Shown here piece by piece: positions 54,040-64,000 of a DNA stretch of 64,000 nucleotides. A model generated the notes under the pieces. It saw only the letters and a list, made by a program, of their open reading frames with translations. It had not been told where the DNA came from and did not search any database. Source of the stretch: Eledone cirrhosa. Lineage: Eukaryota. Numbering within the stretch: position 1 is the stretch's first letter; each line of letters begins with the position of its first letter. The DNA is taken from the NCBI GenBank assembly GCA_964016885.1, contig OZ024741.1:194866001-194930000 (forward strand), read 5' to 3'. A program made the position numbers and the translations under genes.

Positions 54040-57000
54040 ATGGTTTCATTTATTGGCCACAAGGGCCGACATATAAGGGACAATACAGTAGATGGGGACA
54101 GTGGGGGTTTTACACAAAAATCGAGTAAAAAATATGAAAACAATAACAATAAACAAGAAAAATACAACAATGAAAATTCCAGGTTGACTCAGGTACCCAC
54201 CAAGGTAGGGGCTTTAGGGGCATCCGGGAAGGGCACTCCTCTCCTCCTCAAATTCACCCACCTTCAGGTGCATGATCAGAGAAGGCCCACTCACACGGGC
54301 CATTCTCGCCACATTGACCCACCTTTCAGCAAATGTACTCGGGGAGTGGGGGGGGGGGGGGGGGGGGGGGCAGCACTTCCCTCTCCACCCTCACCTACTT
54401 TTCCAAGTGAAATTTGAAAAAGTTGATGAGGGATTGGCCGAAGAGAAAAGTGTCTGTCTTCAGTCCTTTCAACCTGGTCCACCATAAACCTCATTCGCTA
54501 CTACCACCAGACAGAGGTAAATTGCCTGCCCTTCCTGGCCAAAAGAAGGCAGCGGATCGTTCTTCACTATAGACTTGACCGATAGTCGGATCCGTTCTAC
54601 ACGCGACAACAGCTGTTCGACATAACTCCACAAGTCAGTAATGCACGGACACTGGATGAGTGCGTGCAGAACGGTTCTGTCGCTCTGCGCGCATCTCGGG
54701 CAGGTCCGTCTGACAGCACTTCTGTGCCTGTAGAGTTTATCTCGAACCGGTAGTGCCCTCCCAATAGCACTGCCAAGCGAGGGATTTCTGGAATTTATCC
54801 ATCTTCACTGGTTCGAAAGTCCTCCGGAATGGACTGGTCAGTTCGACTTGGTCGATGCTCATAATCTCTCCGCGTGCGTCGTCGCACTTTCCCACCACTA
54901 ATCCACCATAGAACTCGAGAGTGGAAGTTCCACTGACCGCATTTCCCGCCTGGTAGAGGACAGTGAGTGCCTGGCAACCTTTTCAGATGCCAGTCACCCA
55001 GTCTCGGTCTCTTTTTGACACAGGACTGCAGCTCAGACAAACGGCGACCACACCTGTTCACCGTTTAGGCAGAATATCTGGAGATGCCGCAGCCTCAACG
55101 CATGTCTGCGCGTCATTATCCACGGCATGCCCAATCCTCCGCGTAGAGGGTGCTGGCAGCAGATGGACCACCTCACGAACGAAATCAATCCCCTTCACAA
55201 GAATTTAAAGAGGAGCCGTTCCAACTTGGTGAGGCGCGGATGGGGGCAAGGCACGACGGTCAGGAGGTAGTAGATGACGGACGCGATATACACATTCGCC
55301 ACCTCCGCCCGACCTTTCAGTGACAGCTTCCGCGCAGCCCATTTCTGGCTACCCTGCTCGTTACCTCGTCCCAATTCTTACCCCCTTGGAGGTCTGGTCC
55401 GAACCAAACCCCGATTAACTTTACCGGTCCGTCCGTCCAGCAACCAGCTACGCTGTTGGATGGCATGGACTTGCCTCTCCAGGTGCCGAACTGCAAGCCC
55501 ACCGACTTTTCCTGGTTAAGTTTCACTCCCGTCAACTTTTCATATTCCTCCAATAAGGTGCGGAGCACCTCGATTTCCGAGGTGTCCGACACCGCCACGC
55601 TGATATCGTCCGCATAAGCCGACACAGCCTTTCCGCGTCCCGGTTCGAGCGGGATGCCCTGCAACAGCTCCAGCCTCCGCAGTAAAGGTTTGAGAGTCAA
55701 TACGTACAGAAGGGACGAGAGAGGGCACCCTTGACAGACCGATCGGGAAATCTGAAACGGTTCCGAGAGGTGGCCATTAACTTTGACCATCAAGCAGATG
55801 CCAGCTTCTGAAGACGGGGCCGAAGCCTTGAGGACAGCCTCCAGCTACCGATGGTCGACCCTATCGAATGCTTTCGATTGATCTAAATTATCAGAGCCCC
55901 ACCGAAGCCAGGTTTACACCCCACACTCTCTATGATGTATTGCATGAGGTGGAGGATGTCGTGTATGGACCTGGTCGGGATTGCGCAAGTTTGCGCCTCC
56001 CCAATCAAATCCTCGACGTCAAGCGCCAACCTCTTCGCTAACACCTTGGCCAGAATCTTAAACTCTGTGTTGAGCAGAGTTATGAGCCTGAAATGATCTA
56101 ATGTGACCCTCTTGTTCTCGTCTTTCCTCATCAGCGTCACTACGCCCCGGCTGACAGAACTGGGAATACTCCGGTTCTGTTGCCAGTTGCAGTAGAGCGC
56201 TTCGAGGAGATCGGAGAACAAGTATGGCATATTTACGTAAAGCTCGTAAGGCAGACCATCCAAACCGGGTGACTTGCGCCTCGTGCAGCCGACAAGGGCA
56301 TCCCGAATCTCCGCTGAAGTTATCGGCCTTTCGCAGCGCTCAGCGTCGGCCATTGAGTGTTGCGGCAAGCTATCGAGGTAGGGACTGAAGTCCGCCACCG
56401 TCTCTGACCTGCCACTTCCTCCGAACAACCGAGCAAAATGCTGACGAAAGGCCTCACACATCCGCCTGGAATCGATCAGCTCGTATCCGTCTCGGTCCGC
56501 CAAAGACTGAATTGTGGTTTTATTACCACGCTGCGCCTCTGCCACGCGGGTCCATCGAACAGCTTTGGTTCCCTCGTTTCTCAGAGTACGTGCCTTAGCT
56601 CTGGTAATGCAACCTTCGTGTTTTGCATTGAAGAAATGGTCTAATGCCATTCTCACCGCTAGCACGGCAGTTACAACGCTACTACAAATAGCCTCGTCTA
56701 ACTTAGCAACCACCTTCCCCTCCTTTTGATTTTTCTCTAACGCTACTTCTTTGCTAAACCCTATTGAGAGGCCCCACCACCTGTTGTTGACGACTCCCCT
56801 GTCAATTTTTGCTTGATTAAATTGTTGACCCGGTCCCTGTAAGCCTTACATGCCGGAAACGACATGTTCAGCTTCCAGTAACCAGGTCCTAACCTACGCG
56901 TCTTATCTAGGTCGACCATACAGATCATAAACTTGTGATCTGAATTGGCGATCGTTTTAAAACGAGGACAGACTACACTATTTCTATCTTTTTTTTACTA

Positions 57001-59508
57001 ATGAAAATCCTGTCTATATACGATCTAGATGACCTTATGCGGTTGATACTAGTCCACACTGGTACATTAGGGAAATTCAGTCGGTACCTGTCAGACAGTT
57101 GGAACTGGCTGATCAGGTACTTGAAGCTTTTGCACACCCCGCTCATATCGGCTACCCCACACAATCCCAGCGTGTGTCTAAGATGGCGTTCCATCCCCCC
57201 GCCTGCTAAAAGTAAAGGACGAAACGTACCCAGAAAAGCTTCCAATAGTCTAAAGAAGTCCGGCTGTCCAGCCCCGGTTGGGGCATAGGCGGCCACCAGT
57301 TTAAAGGCACCACCTATTTAAAGGCACCACCTTCGCTGTTCACATCCGGGACCACTAAACGACCATCCGGATACCGGAAGGCTGACCTTACCTCGAGTCG
57401 AGATCCAGGCCTTTCATAAACAGCACTGCCACTCCACCTCGCATTCCCAGCCGACTAATAGATGCGAAGATCTGATAGTCGTCGAACATGGGGGCTAATG
57501 CGCGCATGTCGGAAATCCTGGTCTCGTTGACGGCAATTACATCCATTTCTAGAGACCTGAGATCGTTGAGCAGGCGACCCCAGGCCATGAACATTTAAAC
57601 ATCCTACTCTTAATATAGCCACGTTGGCAGGAGAAGGAGAGAGAGAAGAAAGGTTTACTTACCCCCCCCCCCCCGGAATCTTGTGGAGGTTGAATGGTTT
57701 GAACTCTGTGGTTGGTGGGGTTTCCATTGGGAACCCCTTTAGGAGCCTACTTGTGGATTTTACATTAGGGGTTTCCCACGTCATCGGGAAAGCTCTCCCT
57801 AATACTTTTTATAAGTTTGTATTTGCATCCGTACCAATTGCAGTGTTTCGAGTACTTTGAGGTTGCAGGTGCGAAAAATGTCTTCCTCTTTCTCAATGTC
57901 TTTACTTCGTGTTACAAAGCCCATGAGTTCTTTGTTGGCCCTCCTTAGTAACACGGGTTTGGTGTGTATGTTGTTGGTGGTGTCTGCGTGTGTTTTATTT
58001 TGTTTGGGATGACTTGTGCTTGTGTTGGTGTTGTTGACGGTTGTGGAGTTGGTGTTGCTGTGGTTGTGTCTGTGTTTGCTGTGGGTGTGTTTTATGTGCT
58101 TGTTGGTGTGTATGGAGCTGGATTTTTCTTTTTCTTTTTGTGCTTTCTCTTTTGCTATTTAGCTTTATTGGGTTCCCCCTCATCTTCACCCGGAGAAGTG
58201 GAGGAACTGGTATCTGGGGACTCTGTGTCAGAGGGGTGTGTGTTTACGGGTGTGTGCGTTTTGCTCTGTGTGTATGTATTTGAAAGAGGGGGAGAAGGAG
58301 AGCTTGTTTGGGTGACAACCTGGGTGGATTTAATTGTCCTTGTTGTTAATGACACCGTTTCATTTTCTGTTGCTGCTGGTGTTGTCCCTCCCTGACACCG
58401 GTGTTGGCAGCAACGAAGTTTTTGGCCTCCTGCAGTTTTCAATTAGGAACAAAAGGCTCTCTGGTATGTGGCTTCACCACACACGAAACAATGCGGCCAT
58501 TTGCCCTCCGTGACTACCTGGATTTCGTGCCTGTCCGGTAGTTTGATGTGCTCTGGTATGTTTTTTATGTCTTCAGGTCTGATTTGGAGAAGAATCTCCA
58601 AACCAATCCCGGACCACTTCTCTCGCTTTTTGTGAATTTGACCGAAATGCATCGATATTTTAGTTTTTCCTCTCCTTCACTGCCATTACCTCTGCTGAGA
58701 CGTTTAAATTGGACCAGCTTTTCTCTCTTGTAATTTTTTTTCGTTTGGACCAAACGTTCCTTTTTCTCTGTAAGGTCAAAATTGTACATCGTTTGGATTT
58801 TTGCTACTGTAGCTGCGAAAGTATTCTTTTTTTTTGATGCTGCTGTTGTTATCGTTCTTCTTGTTGCTGTTTTTCTGTTTTTCGTTGACTATATTGTTGT
58901 TGGTGTTTTCGACGTTCTTCTTGTTGTTGTTGGTATTGTCGTTGTTCTTGTTGATGTTATTCTTGGTGTTGTTGTTGTTGCTTTCTTCCCTTGTTTCTTT
59001 GTTACTGTTGGTGCTGTTGTTATTCATGTTCTTGTTGGTGGAGTTGTTAATTTCGTGGTTGTTTCTGTTGTCTGTGTTTTGGTTGCTGCTGTTACAACTG
59101 TTAGCGTTCTCACTGTTGCTGTTTTTGCTGTCATTGTTCATGTTTTTTGAGGTGGTCTTGTTACATATGTTGTTGCATGTTGTGTTTGTATTAAATATTG
59201 TTTTACTTGTGTTAACAATGGTGCAAGTTGTGTCTGCTGTATCCCTCCTCTCAACATTTAAGCCGCTGTCACACGACAGCAGACTTAAAATTGGGGGACG
59301 TGGCTCAGCCATGTTTTTTTTCCTGTCGAGAAAAAAACAAAAAACAAAAAAAAACAAAGTTCAAATATTATAGCGTCTCCCCTTCACGGGGCACAGAAGG
59401 AAGTCTTACGGCCCTTTAGCATCAAAAATTAGCAAATACAAATTAAGAAAACAACTCAAATTTAGTAACTCACGGAGCTTCCAAATGCACATCTACTCTT
59501 GCTAACGA
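54040..59508 (-). mobile_element. Near full-length L1/Tx1-clade LINE, disabled
   Basis: Asn-rich ORF1 (58776-59357) with a downstream knuckle remnant HCFVCGEATYQRAFC. APE motifs DVIAVNETR, AAYAPT and YIDRIF. RT motifs KSPGLDGLPYELY, RLITLLNTEFKILAK, QGCPLSSLLY and AYADDISV. Many frameshifts. Confidence 0.9.
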
Positions 59509-59764
59509 CCAATAATAATAATAATGATTTCTTTATTAACCACAAAGAGTCCACATGAAGAAAAACATTATGACGATACAGGACGAAATCATCTATGTAT
59601 ATGTGTGTATATGTGTGTGTGTGTGGCGGGGGGAGGGGGATTGATTCAGATTAGAAAAATGCGTGAAAGCAACCTTGAAGCGAGGATAGTTAATGAGATT
59701 CGGATTAGAAAAAATGCGTCAAATAACTTTGAAGAGAGGAAAATTAATTAAGAACACTAGATAA

Positions 59765-59915
59765 AGAATTGAGATAAGACAATTATACCAAACAAAGATA
59801 TACACATACTTAGGAATCAATGAATTAGACAGTGTAAAACACACAAATGAAATGTATGATTAGGAAGCACTATTCTAGGTGCACTAGATTAATACTTAAA
59901 ACAGATCTAAATGCT
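59765..59915 (+). mobile_element. Short R4/Dong RT thumb-region fragment
   Basis: Reads YTYLGINELDSVKHT..IRKHYSRCTRLILKTDLNA with a frameshift, parallel to YIYLGIDE..REYYTRLRKISSSELSA in the 17540-19003 ORF. Confidence 0.55.
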
Positions 59916-59938
59916 TAGTTGTTTAGTAATATGTTATA

Positions 59939-60110
59939 CTAGCTGGCCCGTCCGGCTGGCGCCCGGCTAGGTATACCGGCATTTTATCTTTTCAGGAATC
60001 CCCCCCCCCCTTCACTCCAGTGCAAAGATACCGCACGCCCTCTCAAGTCAGCGAGGGGGAGGGGGTTAACGTGCTCTGATGTTGGGGTTGAATAGTTTTT
60101 AGGATTCCCC
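59939..60110 (-). mobile_element. Helitron-like 3' terminus
   Basis: Minus-strand hairpin CCGG-GCGCCAG-CCGG followed by CTAG|T. The inner boundary is uncertain. Confidence 0.5.
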
Positions 60111-60118
60111 AGTTCAGT

Positions 60119-63100
60119 AGACTCAGACTCAGAAGCTCCCGCGTCTATCGATGCATGAGGCAATCATAGTGTTCCATCGCGTTCAGTCAGCAGCCAGTTG
60201 CACAGCGTCCCGCCATTGTCTGTTTGTCGCTCGCAGGTCCCTCTCAACTGTCTGGCGCCAGTTCATTTTGGGTCGCCCTCTCCGTCTGCTTTCCTGCGGG
60301 CTCCATTTAAGTTTGCCAGTCTCTCCGGGGGAAGTCTCAAAGTGTGTCCAAACCAGCCCAGGCGTCGCTTGCAGATGGTAGAAGAGACTAGCTGCTGGAT
60401 GGTGCGGTTCCTGACTTCCTGGTTTGTTACATGGTCACTCCATTTAATCCCCAGGATCTTTCGCAGACATCTGGAATCGAATGCGTCCAACTTCTTCTCT
60501 TGGCTGGTCTTAAGGTGCCATGTTCCACTTCCGTACAAGAGTGTGGACAGCACGTTGCTGTTGTAGAATCTCATCTTTGTTTTGGGGGTGAACTTCCTGC
60601 TCTTCCAGATCTTGTCAAGCTGGTTAAATGCTGCTGAAACCTTTCCCATTCTACATTGCAGTTCACTGTCCATGGTACCCTCATTGTTAATGGAGCTTGC
60701 TAGGTAGGTGAAGTTGTCCACTATCTCCACCTCCCCCTGTTCAATGAAGACACTGGTTGGGGGTGGGTGTGTCCCAGATAACATGCTTTTGGTCTTCTTG
60801 GCACTGATATTGAGACCTAAGCTTCCTGCTTCGACATTGATATTGTTCACAATGATTTGCAGGTCAGCTGTGCTCTCTGCAAGTGCAGCAATATCGTCCG
60901 CAAAGTCCAGGTCAGACAACTTTTGCTCTCCCACCCAAGATATACCTTGGTCTTTAGACGCTCTTCTTAGTACTCAGTCAATGGCTATGGCAAAGAGAAT
61001 TGGAGAGAGCGAGCAACCTTGACGCACGCCAGTAACCACCTCAAACCAGTCACTGCAACCATCCTCTGTCTGTACGCAGCACTTGGAGTTTGCATAAATC
61101 TGTTTGATTGCCGAAATGACTTTCTGGGGCAGACCATACTCATGCATGATGCTCCAGAGCGACAGTCGATGAATGCTATCGAATGCTTTGGAGAAATCGA
61201 TGAAACTGAACACGAGGGGCCTCTGGAATTCGTTGTACCTCTCAATGATGCGGCATAGCGTAAAGATCTGCTCTGCACAGGAACGTTTTGGTCGAAACCC
61301 TGCCTGTTGTTCTCGCAGTTCCCGGTCTGCCATGCCACGCATGCGGTTCAGGATCACTAGACAATAGACCTTCCCTGGTATGGAGAGAAGTGTCACTCCC
61401 CTCCAGTTGTCACAATCGGCAAGGTTGCCCTTCTTGGGGATACAGACAACCGCTCCGTTTCTCAATCTTCTGGGACTTCACCCGTGTTCCACACAAGATT
61501 ACATAAGTGGCCCATCCACTTGACCATGCTTTCGCCTCCTGACTTCAGCATTTCAGCAGAAATACCATCCATACCTGGTGACTTGTTATTCTTAAGGGTT
61601 TTGATGGCCATGCGGACTTCCTTCTCGGTGAAGTCATCAGTATTGATAGGTAACAAACTAGTAGGTTCCTTAGTGTCTGCTGGCATACGTGGATCCGGTC
61701 GGTTGAGGACTTCCTTGAAATGTTCAGCCCATCTGACTAACTTTTCTTCACCCTTGAAAAGCAGCGTACCCTCTTTCGCTTTCACCGGGCCTGAGCTAGC
61801 TCTAGAGCTGCCGGTGATTTTCTTGGCAATTTGGTACACAGAGCGCATGTCATTGCGTGCCGCAGCTGCTTCTGCCTCCTCTGCCTTACTCTCAAGCCAC
61901 ATTCGTTTGTCCTTTTGGGCGCTGCGTTTCACCTCCTTGTCTTTCTCAACATACTGCTGATATACTTTGATGACCTCTGGGGTAGTGGCATGCCTCTGCT
62001 GGTGTAGGGCTTTCCTTTCATTAATCAACTGCCAGGTGTTGTCGCTGACCCAAGCTTCTCTAAGGGACTTCCTGTAGCTCACGATTTCTTCCCCTGCAGC
62101 TTCCATGGTCTTCTTCATTTTCTCCCACCAATTGACCGAGCCTGGTGCAGACTCCTCAAGGACAGCAAATTTGTTCCTCAAAGCAGCCTTGAACTGTGCT
62201 TCTGTGTCACCGTTCTTCAGCTTGGTAGTGTCAAAACGCCTTGTAGTGGGTGCTTTCTTCTTCTGCTTCCTCAGTCTGATTTTAAGTTAGGTAACAAACA
62301 GATAGAGGTCACTGCAGACATCTGCGCCTCGGTAGACTCGGACGTCCTGCAAGCAAGGAGTTCTCCATCCTGGGCTAATTGCAATGTGGTCTATTTGCGT
62401 CTTGGTCCTGTGGTCGTTCGAAGCCCATGTGACCTTGTGGATGTTCTTGTGGTCAAATAGTGACGAGCCGATTTTCATATTGTTCATGACACAGAACTGG
62501 AAAAACCTGTCCCCATTGTCTGTGCGGTTTCCATAAGCATGGGGGGGGGGGGGGGGCAAGGACATGTTCAAAGCCAACCCTGCTTCCCCCGATTTGTGCG
62601 TTCATGTCTCCCATGATGATCAGGATGTCATGACGTGGGGTTTTGTTGACATCTTGTAGTTGCTGGTAGAAAGCGTTCTTGTCATCGTCGTTATGTTCGT
62701 TGGTTGGAGCATAGCACTGAGCTATGGTGACCTTTGCATGTGATGTGCTGTCATTAGGCGTTCGTTGATAGGAGTCCACTCCTCAAGGGCACTACTGGCA
62801 GCCCTGTCCATGATGATTGCAACTCCATCTCGGTGGGTCCCGTTCTGACGGCCAGAGAACAAGATGGTCTTGTTTTCATGGACAAACTTCGCAGAGTCTG
62901 TCCAGCGGACCTCGCTGAGGCCCAGGATGTTAATTTTGTAGGCCTCCATTTCTCCGATAACTTGCGCAAGATTGGATGGTTGGTACAGAGTTCTTATGTT
63001 CCAATATCCAATACGTGTGGTTGTTTTTGCAGACAGAATTCTGGTCCTCAGGATGTCGGCTTCCTCATTGAGACTTTCGCCGACACCCGTCACACAATCT

Positions 63101-63420
63101 CCGGTTAGAGACAACTGTTCTCCTGACTGCTTGGAATTTGAATCTGATGCACTATGAATTGTTTTCGTAGCAGGAGAGTTTTTCCGGGAACAGGTCACTG
63201 ACCTGAAGCCCAACCACTGACATTTAGCAAAGAGACAGTAAGTGGAGTAGTCTCTGGTAGAACTGCAAACCGATGGCTACGGAATATGGTGTGGGTCGCC
63301 TTCAGTCCTGGACTGGTGCCGAGGGAGGATTTCCTTCTGCTTTAACCAGTGGCTTCCTTGTTGAAGCTCATACGCCTAGTGGTGCCGTGTCAACACCACC
63401 CCCTCATGTGGTTCAGTCCA
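60119..63420 (-). mobile_element. Full-length RTE-clade LINE, disabled
   Basis: APE motifs IGYWNIRTL, LGLSEVRW, QCYAPTN, MGDMNAQIG and IDHI. RT motifs KSPGMDGI, NWRGVTLLS, FIDFSKAFDS, GVRQGCSLSP and DLDFADDI. 3' end of short (TGAGTC) repeats. Confidence 0.92.
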
Positions 63421-64000
63421 TATATATATATCTATATGTATATATATATATATATATCTCACCCCCACACCTCTCACACCCACACCTCCATCCCACCACC
63501 CCGCAACTAACCTCACTAACACCCCCTAACCCCAAGCACACGAACACACGCACCCACTTACACCACCCACCCCACACGCAACTAACATCACTAACACCCC
63601 CAACCCCACGCACACGTACCCACACACCCTCGTACACCACCAACTCTACACACCAGTACACCACACTCCCTCCATAGAACCACACACACCCTTCTCTCCC
63701 CGCTCCACCCACACCCCCGCTCCACACTCACTCATCCCACTAACACCTCTACTAATACACACACACACACCCTCCTCACTCCAACTTTCACACCTACCCA
63801 TCCTCGCCCCTTTACCATTCCACCGACTGCTGCTATGCCCTCTGACCACCTCCCAGCACAAACAGACACACAGCACTCCCACTGCTTGACCACTTCCTGT
63901 TGCGCGCGCACCCCACATCTCTCCTCTTCCGACCATCGCTTCATGGAATACTCGCACGCAGAAATTGACCACCACAGAATCCACTAAACACCTTTGGATT

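Noticed and set aside
58782-59373. Leu/Val-rich plus-strand ORFs resembling membrane proteins
   Set aside because: They are antisense to the (AAC)-rich Asn tract in Tx1 ORF1.
63460-64000. Pro/Thr/His-rich and Gly/Val-rich ORFs
   Set aside because: C/A-rich low-complexity sequence with no domain signal.

Overview
AT-rich eukaryotic DNA made almost entirely of repeats. I found no convincing host protein-coding exon; most listed ORFs are translations of microsatellites or antisense frames. The SINE and LINE families look like those of octopod cephalopods, but this is recognition by eye and was not checked against a database. Decayed elements present: R4/Dong-type RLE LINEs stacked in (CATA)n tracts, a near-complete Neptune-type Penelope-like element (PLE; RT plus GIY-YIG), an L1/Tx1 LINE, an RTE LINE, a CR1/L2 fragment, a CRE-like fragment, a Helitron helicase remnant and non-autonomous Helitrons, a maT/DD37D Tc1-mariner fragment, hAT MITEs and many tRNA-derived SINEs. 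The most striking signal is about ten loci, from about seven sequence-unrelated families, carrying minimal type-I hammerhead ribozyme (HHR) motifs. Most sit in (TA)n microsatellites, and several form fold-back palindromes (arms from 47 bp to about 1.7 kb) with a one-sided tail, as PLE insertions do. Other highlights are a 200-bp satellite arising from two adjacent SINEs and a non-coding, defined-end element found twice in (CATA)n.
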